DNA from: Polyangiales bacterium
GTDB taxonomy: Bacteria > Myxococcota_A > Polyangia > Polyangiales > Polyangiaceae
Reading direction: 5' to 3'
DNA: 64,000 nucleotides
Assembly (NCBI GenBank): GCA_038231275.1
Contig: JBBRLQ010000018.1
Span: 130,504-194,503 of the forward strand
Part shown: piece after piece, positions 55,231-64,000 of the stretch
Layout: the number at the start of each line of letters is the position of its first letter
Numbering within the stretch: the stretch's first letter is position 1
Notes under the pieces: model-generated
What the model was told of the DNA's origin: nothing
Databases searched by the model: none
The model's input: the letters and a program-made list of their open reading frames with translations, nothing else
Translations under genes and position numbers: made by a program

Positions 55231-55257
55231 CGGGTGTTGGGGCGGGCTCGGGGCTCG

Positions 55258-55980
55258 TCAGAAAACGCCGCCAATTCCGCCGGTGCCGCCGCCCGTCTTG
55301 GTGAGCGAAAAATAGGGCTGAAGATGCACGCCACTGCTCTGGGGCGGAGGCGGGGGCTCGCGAGGGACACGCTCGTTCGCGAGCGCGGCGCTGTCGACGA
55401 CGACGGCGCCGACGTACCCAAGGAAGCTCCCCACGACGAGCCCGGCGAGGCCGTCGACGCAAAAGTCGCTCGAGTGGCAGTTGTGGCTCGACGCGTCGAT
55501 CGCGAAGCCGATCAGCCCCGCCACGAACGGGAGGCCGACGCGGAGGCCGAGGCTCGCAAAGCCCTTGCCGACGTGGCCGTGCGCCCAGTGGACGATCGGG
55601 CCGCCCAACGCGTAGCTGGCGGCGAAGGCGGCGGGCGAGCGCAGGGCGACGCCCAGGACGACGGATCCGCCGTCGACGAGGAGGTTCTGCCATCCGTACC
55701 AACGCGATTCGGTCGGGAGGTCGCGCTCTTCGACACGCGGTGGCGGCGGTGGGGCCGCGACGACGATCGGCTGCGGCGGTGCAGGCGCGGGGACGATGAT
55801 GATGTACGGCGTCGTCGGCTGCGGTTGCGGCGCGGGTGCCGGCGCGGGCGCGGCCGAGGGGCCGGGCAGAGGCGGCAGCGTCGTGGGGCTCGTCGTCGGC
55901 GCCTCCTGCGCGAAGGCGGCGCTCGCGACGAGCATCGTGGTCATCGAACCGAGGAGGGCGAGCGCGCATCGGGTTGCCAT
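55258..55980 (-). CDS. Hypothetical exported/membrane protein
   Basis: Signal peptide (AFA-Q), Pro-rich region, RWYGWQNLLVDG, GGPIVHWAHG, C-terminal GGVF. Confidence 0.75.
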   Translation of the reverse strand: MATRCALALLGSMTTMLVASAAFAQEAPTTSPTTLPPLPGPSAAPAPAPAPQPQPTTPYIIIVPAPAPPQPIVVAAPPPPPRVEERDLPTESRWYGWQNLLVDGGSVVLGVALRSPAAFAASYALGGPIVHWAHGHVGKGFASLGLRVGLPFVAGLIGFAIDASSHNCHSSDFCVDGLAGLVVGSFLGYVGAVVVDSAALANERVPREPPPPPQSSGVHLQPYFSLTKTGGGTGGIGGVF

Positions 55981-55996
55981 CGTGGAGCCCGAACTT

Positions 55997-56012
55997 AGCA
56001 ACGTTCACGCCA
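55997..56012 (-). promoter_or_regulatory. Sigma54 (-24/-12) promoter candidate
   Basis: Minus-strand TGGCGTGAACGTTGCT (GG-N10-GC with TTGC), ending about 17 nt before the ATG at 55980. Confidence 0.7.
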
Positions 56013-56160
56013 CAGCACGGCGCCCCGTATTTTCCGCGTGCATACGGCGCCTGGGTCCGCGCGGAGCCAGGTCGATCTGACGCCCGCGTCCGACGGCTGT
56101 GACGCCGCGGCTACACTGCGCGGCTGCGGGTGACGAAACTTCGCTGGCCAGTCAACGACT

Positions 56161-57648
56161 TCACTCCGGGCGCCTTCGCGCCGTCATCGCGCGGCGAACA
56201 TTCGCGAGGGGTGCGGCGTCGTCGAACGTCACCTCGCCGCGGGCGCTGGTCACCACGCCGAGGCGCCTCCAGATCCCCGGCAAGTCCACCGGCGCCGGCG
56301 CGTGCGCCATCTTCGTGTAGAGCTCCGCGAGCACGGGTACGCCGGTCGCCGCGTCGCCGATCTCGATGACGCGTGTGATCGGCCACGCCTCCGAGATGTT
56401 CCCGCCGTGCTCGACGACGGCCCGAAGCGCATCGTCGATCGATTTGCGGTTGCCGGTGCGGCTGCGGATCTCCACGTCGGCGACCAAGCAAAAGAGCGCG
56501 CCTCCCCAGTACGTGCGCCCCCACGTGTGCGTCACGTCGAGCCCTTGATCGCCGTCGCGCGGCAGACCGTTTGGCATCCCCTTCACCCAGTCGCGCCACA
56601 CGTCTGTCTCTGCGACCATGCCCGCGCGCGTTCTTGCGAGCGGCTCCACGTACGTCGACAGGCCCTCTTCGAGCCAGTGATGCGGGCCGTTCAAATCGGG
56701 CATCGCGGTGTGGATCATCTCGTGGACGAGCACCCAGTCGTCCGCGAAGTCGGTCGCAGCGCACGCGTCGCCGACGTCGATCGCGATGGCGGCGCCGGAG
56801 TTTCCGATGGCGGTGCCGAAGCCGACGCCGTCTCCCTCCACCGGACGCACGAGCACCAGCAGGCGCGGCACCGGGAACTGCCCGTAGAAACCGGCGACCG
56901 CCTTCGCGGCTCTCTCCACCCACGCGAGCATCGCCGCTTCGTCGCGGAGCGGGTGGGCGCTCGGGAGGACCGCGACGTGAAGCCTTCCCTCCAGCCGCTC
57001 GTGCACGCGCACCTTCCCGATCGCGGCGTACGGGAGCTGGAACGTCGGCGCGGCCTTGCCTTCGTAGGTGTCGCTCGCCGCGGCGCGAAAGACTCCCGAC
57101 GCGAACGTGTCGCCCGGCGCGGTGGTGACGTGGAACCGAAACGGCGTCCCGAGCGGCGCGCGAACAGGGCGAAGGAGCCACGTCGACGGGGGCGACTCGA
57201 TCGCTCCGGCAGAGGCCCTCCCCATCATGACGCGTCCGCTCGCGCGCGCCGCCGCGCCCAGCGCGAAGCGATACCGGACGCGGCACCCGCGCGTACACGT
57301 CGGCAAGAACCACGATTGATCGCGCATCGGCAGCGTCGCGAAGCCTTTCCCGACGTCGGCCTCCACGCCCTTCAAATAGGGCTCCGCCCCGTCCACGACC
57401 GTGAGCTCGTCCATCGTCCCTGGCGGGAACGACGCCTCGATCGCGAGCTCCTCTCCGCCGCCGCTGGCGAGCACTTCGTACACCCACCCTTGCGAAGACG
57501 CCGCGGGCGCCGTCGCGCGAAGCGAAGCGGCGGCCGGCGTAGAAGGACCCGCCGGCCCGCGCGTGCACGCGCTCGCGACCGCGCTCGCGACGACGAGACC
57601 GGCCAGAAGCCCCACGCGCGATACGCCCACGTTGCTCCGATGCGTCAT
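56161..57648 (-). CDS. Gluzincin metallopeptidase-like lipoprotein (M61/M1-like)
   Basis: VHEMIH...WLEEGLSTY, RTYWGGA. Lipobox ASAC. ATG overlaps the rtcB stop (ATGA). Confidence 0.75.
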   Translation of the reverse strand: MTHRSNVGVSRVGLLAGLVVASAVASACTRGPAGPSTPAAASLRATAPAASSQGWVYEVLASGGGEELAIEASFPPGTMDELTVVDGAEPYLKGVEADVGKGFATLPMRDQSWFLPTCTRGCRVRYRFALGAAARASGRVMMGRASAGAIESPPSTWLLRPVRAPLGTPFRFHVTTAPGDTFASGVFRAAASDTYEGKAAPTFQLPYAAIGKVRVHERLEGRLHVAVLPSAHPLRDEAAMLAWVERAAKAVAGFYGQFPVPRLLVLVRPVEGDGVGFGTAIGNSGAAIAIDVGDACAATDFADDWVLVHEMIHTAMPDLNGPHHWLEEGLSTYVEPLARTRAGMVAETDVWRDWVKGMPNGLPRDGDQGLDVTHTWGRTYWGGALFCLVADVEIRSRTGNRKSIDDALRAVVEHGGNISEAWPITRVIEIGDAATGVPVLAELYTKMAHAPAPVDLPGIWRRLGVVTSARGEVTFDDAAPLANVRRAMTARRRPE

Positions 57649-59156
57649 CGACCGTCCTTGTTGCGGTGGCGCCGCGCCTCGCCGCGTTCCGCGTTCCGCT
57701 CGCGCGCGCGGGCACTCGAAGCCCGCTTGCTGGCGCGCGACGCCCCCTCCTCCGGTCCCTTCAGCGACGAGAGCGGCCACAGGCGATGCTCGATGGTGGC
57801 GAGCCCCGCCGACGTCACCGCCAGCGTCACCTCATCGGCGCTCTTGTAGCAGTGCGCCGACTCGTCGAGCGGCACCTCGCCGTCCAGGTTCACGAGGATC
57901 CCGTCGCGCCGGTACTGCTCGTTGACCTTCTGTTGATCGAGCTTTCGCATCGCCTCGCCGCGCGACATCCGTCGTCCCGCACCGTGGTTCACCGAATAGC
58001 CGCTCTTCACCGCGCCGGGAAGCGGGCGCAGGATGTAGCTGAAATCGCGGTTGCTCCCGGGGATGAGGATCGGATGGCCGTCCTTCTCCCACGGCGTGCC
58101 GGCGAGCGACGGGTGACCGCCGGGAAACGCGCGCGTCGCTCCTTTGCGATGGACCCACACGTCGCCGTGCTCGGGGTGCGTCTCCGCCTGAACGAGGTTG
58201 TGGCTGATCTCGTAGACGAGCGACAGGTCCGCCTTGAACACCTTGCGGAACGCGTCGGCGATCTGCTCGAAGATGACGAGGCGGTTCACGATCGCGAAGT
58301 TCCCGCCCGCGGCGACCGCGTTCAGGTACGCGCGAAAATGCGGCGAATCGGGCGTGAAATAGCCCAAATCGATGTCCGTCATCTCCGACGGGCGCTCGCC
58401 GCGCGCGATCTCGAAGTAGTTCGTCGCGAGGCCGTGGCCGAAGCCGCGGCTGCCGGTGTGCACCTGGACGAAGAGCGTCTGCGTCTGCTCCGAGCGCTGA
58501 AGCTCGATGAAGTGGTTGCCGCCGCCGAGCGAGCCGAGCTGATCGAGGCCGCGCTCCGGGCAACCCTTGCCGCCCCACGGAACGTCCCACGCGTCGTCGA
58601 CCGGAATGCGGTGACGCTCGGCGCGGCTTCGATCGAGCTCCGCGCCGTACGCCGTGACGTAATGCTCGGCGCCGCCGCGAACCAGCTCCTCGAGCTCACG
58701 CTTCTCGAGGCGGCCGAGCTTCAGGCTCTTGCCGCCAGGCCCCATGCTCACGCGCTTCATCACCTCGCGGTTGAAGTCGAGCTTGCGGTCGGGCGTCGCG
58801 CGCTCGGCCGGCACGTCGCTGCGCGCGCTCATCATGCCGCAGCCGATGTCGAAGCCGACCGGCCCCATCGCCACCGCGCCGTCGCCACGCGCGGTGAGAA
58901 TGACGCAGCCGACCGGCACGCCGTAGCCGTAGTGGACGTCGGGCGTGATGCACACGAGCCGGACGCCGGGGAAGCGTGTCGCGTTCACGATCTGTCGGTA
59001 GAGCGTGGGCTCCGCTTCGGTGAGGAGCTTTTGCGTCAGAAAGAGGCGCACCGGCACGCCGCCGACGTCGTCCCTCTCGAGCGCGAAGTAGCCGTCGTCC
59101 GTCCAGCGGGCGCGGCGCTTCCAATCGGATTCGTGGACGAGGGGCGGCGAAGCCAT
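57645..59156 (-). CDS. rtcB: RtcB RNA ligase (2',3'-cyclic phosphate/3'-phosphate to 5'-OH)
   Basis: PDVHYGYGVPVG, GFDIGCGM, LGSLGGGNHFIE, HTGSRG, SHN, HRKGAT, IPGS, HGAGR.MSR, DE....YK. Confidence 0.95.
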   Translation of the reverse strand: MASPPLVHESDWKRRARWTDDGYFALERDDVGGVPVRLFLTQKLLTEAEPTLYRQIVNATRFPGVRLVCITPDVHYGYGVPVGCVILTARGDGAVAMGPVGFDIGCGMMSARSDVPAERATPDRKLDFNREVMKRVSMGPGGKSLKLGRLEKRELEELVRGGAEHYVTAYGAELDRSRAERHRIPVDDAWDVPWGGKGCPERGLDQLGSLGGGNHFIELQRSEQTQTLFVQVHTGSRGFGHGLATNYFEIARGERPSEMTDIDLGYFTPDSPHFRAYLNAVAAGGNFAIVNRLVIFEQIADAFRKVFKADLSLVYEISHNLVQAETHPEHGDVWVHRKGATRAFPGGHPSLAGTPWEKDGHPILIPGSNRDFSYILRPLPGAVKSGYSVNHGAGRRMSRGEAMRKLDQQKVNEQYRRDGILVNLDGEVPLDESAHCYKSADEVTLAVTSAGLATIEHRLWPLSSLKGPEEGASRASKRASSARARERNAERGEARRHRNKDGR

Positions 59157-59205
59157 CCGCGCATATTAACCACGGATCGCGCGTCCGCTACTCCAGCGAC
59201 GCCCT

Positions 59206-60189
59206 CTACTTCGCGCAGAGCGGATCGGTGTCGCTCGGCAGGCAGACCAGCAGCGGGGCGATGGTGACGTGGTTGGTCGCCGTCGCGTTGTCGCCCGACG
59301 CGTCCTTCACCGTGACGGTGACGTCGAGGGGCTTGCCGAGAAAATTCTTGTAGAATGCAAGGTCCGACGGGCTGTCGAGGCGGAACGTGATGCCGAACAG
59401 CTTGCAGTATCCGCCCTCGTCGGGCTGGTACGTAAAGACGACGCCGGTGGGAGGAACCGTGAGGCCGGTGCCGGGCTGCACGGCGGTCACGGTGGTCGTG
59501 GCCCCGCTCTGCTTCAAGTTCTTCATCCGCACGGCGGTCCACACGTGGTGGCCGCCTTGCGGTCCCTTTTCGAGCTTCACGGTCTCACCGTCGGTGACCG
59601 GCAAGAAATCCTGCTGGCCGGTGCCAAGGAGGACCGTCGCGGGTCCGTGGCCGGCCGGCTTGCAGAAGTCCGGCGCGTTCGGCGGCCACGTCGGCGTGTA
59701 CGTCTCGAGCGATTGCGGGGCCACCGCGCTGTCGGCGCACACGCCGGTGATGCACGTCTGCGGCGCGACGCACGGTGGCAGCGACGGCGCGCCGCGCGAG
59801 AGATCCGCCTCGCATCGCGCCTCGAGACGAACGCGTAGCAGCATCTTCTTGCCGGCGACGAAGCGGGTCGAGGCGAGGCGCTCCACCGCAACGGTGCTCG
59901 TCCCGATCAGACCATCGACCTTCACGTCGATCTCTGCGGCCTTGTCGCCCCCGGCGAACACCTGCTCTTCGATCGGGAGCTTGGAGACGTCCACGGTCTT
60001 GTCGACGTCCGGCTGCCCCGGCACCTTCACGACGTAGTGGATGTTCTGGACGGTCGACGCGACCTCTTCGCCTTGGATGCCGACGACGACGACCGTGTCA
60101 CCGCCGCCGCCGCCGCTGCTCGATGGGCTGCAGGCGAGCGCGACGGCGCCGAGCGTGAAGAGCGAGAGAGCCGCGCGTCGGAGTGCCAT
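59206..60189 (-). CDS. Hypothetical Cys-containing lipoprotein
   Basis: Lipobox ALAC, C...QTCITGVC, C-terminal domain with GPQGGHHVW. Confidence 0.75.
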   Translation of the reverse strand: MALRRAALSLFTLGAVALACSPSSSGGGGGDTVVVVGIQGEEVASTVQNIHYVVKVPGQPDVDKTVDVSKLPIEEQVFAGGDKAAEIDVKVDGLIGTSTVAVERLASTRFVAGKKMLLRVRLEARCEADLSRGAPSLPPCVAPQTCITGVCADSAVAPQSLETYTPTWPPNAPDFCKPAGHGPATVLLGTGQQDFLPVTDGETVKLEKGPQGGHHVWTAVRMKNLKQSGATTTVTAVQPGTGLTVPPTGVVFTYQPDEGGYCKLFGITFRLDSPSDLAFYKNFLGKPLDVTVTVKDASGDNATATNHVTIAPLLVCLPSDTDPLCAK

Positions 60190-60342
60190 GACGAGCGGAA
60201 CCTTAGCAAGACCCGTGCGCAGCCCAAAATGTAGAGCGGGCGAGCGTCTCGACTGCTCGAGAGGCCCGCCCGCATGACACGCGTGTCTTTCGTGGCGCAA
60301 CCAGGCGGCCCGCTGGCCGGCTGCCCGCGCCCGCCTCCGCGT

Positions 60343-61695
60343 TCAGTTCATGCCGACGGCGGCGCCCTGCGTGACCTTCCGCATCGCGGCGACGAACTTG
60401 CCGGGCTCGACGAACTCGTTGAACCGGACGACCTCGTTCCCGTTCTTGTCGAGCATGAGGACGGTCGGGAGGCCGACGATCTTGTACTTCTCCTGGAGGC
60501 GCTTGGTCTCCGCGTTCTCGTCGTCCGTCGCGTCGACGCGGATGGCGACGAAGCGGGTCGCCTCGGCCTGGACGTCAGGGTTCGGGAACGTGTTGTGCTC
60601 GAGCTCCTTGCAGGCCGTGCACCACGTGGCGCCGAAATCGATGAGCACCGGGCGGTTCTCGGCGGTGGCCTTCGCGCGGCCGTCCACCTCGCTCGCCAGC
60701 CACTGGATGGCGCCGCCCTTGGGCGCGCTCATGAACGAGATGAGCATCACGAGCCCCGCGATCGACGGGATGATCGACGCCAGCTTCATCGGTTTGGACA
60801 GGTATCCGATGGGCGACCGCCGGCGCTCGGCGAGCACGTGGACGACGCCGAGGCCGAGGCCGACGATGCAGAGGGCGGCCGCCGTGGCGCCGTAGGTGGT
60901 GCTCGAGTGCGCGACGAGGTTGTGGATCGGCTCGAAGCGATCGCGCAGGTACGCGAACGCCATGTACGCGAGGCCGACGCCGCTCGCCCACTTGATGCCC
61001 ATCATCCACGCGCCGCCCTTGGGCAGGCTGACCGCGAACGCGCCTGCCACGAAGAAGAGAACGCCGAGGCCCATCGCGAACGAGAAGAGCGCCGCCGATC
61101 CGAGCGCGACGTTCTTGCTCGTCGCGATGACGGTGACCATCCCGGTGAGGAAAGGCCCGGTGCACGGCGCCGCGATGAGCCCCATCACGAGGCCCATGAC
61201 GAAGGCGCCCTTGAAGCCGACGCCGCCGACCGTGGAGAGCTTGTTGGTGAGGCCCGACGGGAGCGCGAGCTCGAAGGCGCCGAACATCGACGACGCGAGC
61301 GTGATGAAGAGCGCGGCGAGGGTGAGGACGACCCACTGGTTCGAAAGCGCCGAGCCCATGAGCTTGCCGCTCATCGCCGAGAGCACCCCCATCGGAGTGA
61401 ACAGCGCCGCGATGCCGAGGACGAACGCGCCCGAGAGCGCGGCGCCGCGAAGACGCGACTTGGCTTCCGTCGCGCCGAAGATCGACACCGTGATCGGCAC
61501 CATCGGGTACACGCACGGCGTCAGGCTCGCGATGAAGCCGAACCCGAACGACGCGAGCACCGCGACGATGGCGCCGTGCTTCTCGAGGATCTCCTGGAAC
61601 TTCCCGGTCTCCGAACCCTCACCGGCCCACGCGATCGCGGGGACGAGGAGCAAGGTGACCAGGACGGCGAGGGAGAGGGGAGCGCGGCTCTTCAC
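60343..61695 (-). CDS. dsbD: DsbD-family thiol:disulfide interchange protein (TM + thioredoxin domains)
   Basis: SLTPCVYPMVPIT, AAPCTGP, LPK.G.WM, DFGATWCTACK, GLPT. GGAGG SD before the GTG at 61695. No N-terminal Ig-like domain evident. Confidence 0.88.
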   Translation of the reverse strand: MKSRAPLSLAVLVTLLLVPAIAWAGEGSETGKFQEILEKHGAIVAVLASFGFGFIASLTPCVYPMVPITVSIFGATEAKSRLRGAALSGAFVLGIAALFTPMGVLSAMSGKLMGSALSNQWVVLTLAALFITLASSMFGAFELALPSGLTNKLSTVGGVGFKGAFVMGLVMGLIAAPCTGPFLTGMVTVIATSKNVALGSAALFSFAMGLGVLFFVAGAFAVSLPKGGAWMMGIKWASGVGLAYMAFAYLRDRFEPIHNLVAHSSTTYGATAAALCIVGLGLGVVHVLAERRRSPIGYLSKPMKLASIIPSIAGLVMLISFMSAPKGGAIQWLASEVDGRAKATAENRPVLIDFGATWCTACKELEHNTFPNPDVQAEATRFVAIRVDATDDENAETKRLQEKYKIVGLPTVLMLDKNGNEVVRFNEFVEPGKFVAAMRKVTQGAAVGMN

Positions 61696-61917
61696 GTAGA
61701 TCCTCCATCGAGCAGGTGACCAGAGCAGGTAACCAGACGTCGGAATCATAGCAAGCCCACACGGCTGCGGTCAGGGCTAGCGAGCTTGTTTCCTCGAAAA
61801 AAAGACCGTCGACCACGCCCACACGCACGCGTGACCAGGATCGCCGATGACCCATTCGGCACACGCGCGAGCTCGAGGGCTCGAGGAACGTTTCGCTCCG
61901 CTGGCGCTTCGCTCCAC

Positions 61918-62601
61918 TCAACGCGCGCCGATTTTCTTGATCGTCGCGCGCGCCATTCGGATCTCGCCTTCGAGGGCGACGGCGGTGGCGGGCGGTTTTT
62001 CGAGCGTCCGCTCGACGAAAGAAAGGAGATACTGTCGGGCAACGTCCCACGCGCCTGCGGCGTACGCGAGGTGGCCGAGCACGAACCGCCCGTAGCCCTG
62101 GCCCGCCGGCGCCGCGACGAGCTGGTCGATCGTCTTCTGGATGTTGCCGACGTGCTCGCCACCCGCGACGCGCGCGAGCGCCAGGTGCGCACGGTAGAGC
62201 GGTCGCTCTGCGCCGGTCGATCGCGCCGCTTTGGCGAGCGCAGCGATCGCGTCGTCGTACCGGTGCGCGAGAAAAAGGATGCTCCCAAGCGTCCAGTAGT
62301 GGAACGCGCGGCGCGACGACGGACCGGTCCGCGCCGCCTCGCGCAGGTGGGCCAGCGCGTCCTCGAGATCGCCCGACGCGAGCGCGGCGCGGGCGGCGTC
62401 CTGGAGCAGCACGTCCGAGAGGACCCCGACCTCCGACGCTTGAAGCGCGATCGCCTGCGCCTCGCGGAACCGCCGCCCCTCGAAGAGCGCCAGGTAGAGC
62501 TGCCGGAGGAGCATGGCGTGCGTCGTCGGATCCAGGGCTTCTTTGGCCGCCAGCCCGAGCTTCGCCCACTTCGCGCGCTCGCTCCTCGTCGGCGACGCCA
62601 T
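61918..62601 (-). CDS. TPR-like helical-repeat protein
   Basis: Ala/Leu helical repeats, e.g. WTLGSILFLAHRYDDAIAALAKA and VLGHLAYAAG.WD.AR.YL. Confidence 0.7.
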   Translation of the reverse strand: MASPTRSERAKWAKLGLAAKEALDPTTHAMLLRQLYLALFEGRRFREAQAIALQASEVGVLSDVLLQDAARAALASGDLEDALAHLREAARTGPSSRRAFHYWTLGSILFLAHRYDDAIAALAKAARSTGAERPLYRAHLALARVAGGEHVGNIQKTIDQLVAAPAGQGYGRFVLGHLAYAAGAWDVARQYLLSFVERTLEKPPATAVALEGEIRMARATIKKIGAR

Positions 62602-62723
62602 CGCGTCACGGAGGTACTCTTCCGGACTTCTCCGGGCCTGCTTGGCGGGCACAGGACAAGCGTACCTGGTTGCCTTTGTGCGGGCCAAACCCGTGCCGTC
62701 GTGGTAACTGGTCCCCCGGCTTG

Positions 62724-63008
62724 ATGACGCGAACGGCAGGGATCGCGAGCGTGGTTTTGGTGCTTTGCGCCTGCGGCCGCCCCGCCACGCGCGAGGACTG
62801 CGAGCTCATCATCGATCGCAACGTCGAGCTCCAAATGAAGCAGATGCAAATCACCGACCCGGCGCTCATCGAGAAGCGCAAGGGCGAGATCCGCTCCACG
62901 ATGAGCGATCAGCTGAAGGGCTGCGTCGGCAAGCGCGTGACCGACAAGACGATGACCTGCGTGAAGACGGCGGCCTCCGCCGAAGAGATCGACCAGTGCC
63001 TCCGGTGA
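62724..63008 (+). CDS. Small 4-Cys lipoprotein
   Basis: Lipobox LCAC, then C..I.D....L ... C ... C...A.S..E...C. Confidence 0.75.
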   Translation: MTRTAGIASVVLVLCACGRPATREDCELIIDRNVELQMKQMQITDPALIEKRKGEIRSTMSDQLKGCVGKRVTDKTMTCVKTAASAEEIDQCLR

Positions 63009-63313
63009 GCCGCGCAACGCACGTCACCGTCGTCCTCGCCGTCGCGTGCCTCCTCGCGCCCGTCGTGGCGTGCAAGAAGAAGGTGTCGCAAGCGCAGTGC
63101 GACGAGCTCGTCGACAAGTTCGCTACGCTCGTCGTTAAGGAGCGCATCAAAGACGCGCCGCCGGAGCTGATCAAGGCCGAGCAAGAGCGCGAACGCAGCG
63201 AGGCGAAGAACGACGACTCCTTCCGCAACTGCACGAGCGAGGTCTCGAACGAGGACTTCGCATGCGCGATGAAGACGGCGACGAGCGACGCGTTCTTGAA
63301 GTGCCTCGACTGA
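63005..63313 (+). CDS. Small 4-Cys lipoprotein, paralogue of the upstream gene
   Basis: GTGA overlap, lipobox VVAC, similar four-Cys spacing. Confidence 0.75.
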   Translation: MSRATHVTVVLAVACLLAPVVACKKKVSQAQCDELVDKFATLVVKERIKDAPPELIKAEQERERSEAKNDDSFRNCTSEVSNEDFACAMKTATSDAFLKCLD

Positions 63314-63354
63314 GCCGAGCCTAGGTCGGCGCAAACCAGACTAGACCAGACGCG

Positions 63355-63705
63355 CTACGGGCCCTTCGTGTGGGCGGCGCGGCCGTGGAAGACGTTCTTT
63401 CCCAAGACCATCGACGGCTTGTCGTCGACGCCCCAGACGACGTCGCCTCCGAGCTTGCACGTCTCGTCCAGGAGCTGGCGCATGCAGTCGGCGTCGGACA
63501 CGTCGGGGGCGCAGCGCGCGGTGACGGTGCCGATGTTGTCGGTCTTCACGAGCGGCGTGTCGTGGAACAGCTTCACGTCGCAGCCTTCGGCGCGCGGGGG
63601 GTAGCGCGGATCGCCCTGTTTCGCCGCGCCGCCGCACGCGCTCGCCGCGAGGAGCGCGCACGCGAGCGCGACGATCGTGAGCAGGCTGGAGGTGCGCACG
63701 ATCAC
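63355..63705 (-). CDS. Small Cys-containing lipoprotein
   Basis: Lipobox ASAC, PR.EGC.V, IG.V...C, C.LGGDVV. GTG overlaps the glyQ stop. Confidence 0.7.
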   Translation of the reverse strand: MIVRTSSLLTIVALACALLAASACGGAAKQGDPRYPPRAEGCDVKLFHDTPLVKTDNIGTVTARCAPDVSDADCMRQLLDETCKLGGDVVWGVDDKPSMVLGKNVFHGRAAHTKGP

Positions 63706-63998
63706 TCCGCCGCCTTCGCTGCGCTCTTGAGGAGCGGGAAACCCATCGCCTCGCGCTGCGCGAGGTACGCCTCGGCGACCGCCTTGGACAGGCCGCGAAC
63801 GCGCCCGATGAACCGCGCGCGCTCCGTCACGCCGATCGCGCCGCGCGCGTCGAGCACGTTGAACTGGTGCGCGGCCTTCGCCACGAAGTCGTACGCGGGG
63901 AGCACGAGCGCCTTCAGCGGATCGCGCGCCTCGCCCTCTCCGCCCAGCGCGAGGAGGCGCTTGGCCTCCTTCTCGTAGTGATCGAACGCCGCGAAGTG
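63702..63998 (-). CDS. glyQ: Glycine-tRNA ligase alpha subunit, 3' end (5' part outside window)
   Basis: [12 protein letters not shown]...[39 protein letters not shown]...VAEAY...RE.MGFPL. Confidence 0.93.
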   Translation of the reverse strand, partial: HFAAFDHYEKEAKRLLALGGEGEARDPLKALVLPAYDFVAKAAHQFNVLDARGAIGVTERARFIGRVRGLSKAVAEAYLAQREAMGFPLLKSAAKAAE

Positions 63999-64000
63999 CG

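Noticed and set aside
32013..59156. RtcB2-PrfH ribosome-repair operon
   Set aside because: rtcB and the RF-like ORF are about 25 kb apart, and the RF-like ORF lacks the GGQ motif that PrfH retains.
60200..60225. Sigma54-like element upstream of the 60189 lipoprotein gene
   Set aside because: It reads GCGCAC-N5-TTGC and lacks the invariant GG; an extended -10 (TGCTAAGGT) explains it better.
61750..61917. Possible ncRNA or REP element (ttcctcga/tcgaggaa arms, ttcgctcc twice)
   Set aside because: The matches are only 8 bp, with no tRNA or riboswitch signature and no other copy recognised in the window.
63314..63354. Hairpin gccga-gcctagg-tcggc between convergent genes as an intrinsic terminator
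   Set aside because: The stem is short and there is no clear U-tract; too weak to call.

Overview
Very GC-rich, densely coding bacterial chromosome segment with about 52 genes. The gene content points to Myxococcota, probably Polyangia (inference): four Hanks-type Ser/Thr kinases, many Cys-rich lipoproteins, GYF_2, DUF2330 and VIT proteins, CarF and sigma54 promoters. Recognisable core genes are mfd, priA, comF, rtcB, a dsbD-type gene, carF, a Slt-type lytic transglycosylase, a glutathione peroxidase, a CoA-transferase and the 3' end of glyQ. I saw no tRNA, rRNA, CRISPR array, transposase or prophage. The most interesting signals are: (1) an ORF at 32013-33155 whose C-terminal half aligns by eye with peptide release factor 2 but lacks both the SPF and GGQ motifs, lying between carF and a DUF962/Mpo1-like gene; (2) a (GC)TANNNT -10-like hexamer 6-10 nt before many start codons that have no clear Shine-Dalgarno, suggesting widespread leaderless or very short-leader mRNAs; (3) three sigma54 promoters with dyad upstream sites driving uncharacterised exported proteins; (4) an RdgC-like gene pair, a degenerate stand-alone macrodomain, an orphan beta-class DNA methyltransferase and a catalase-related lipoprotein. 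All family calls come from recognising motifs by eye, not from database searches.
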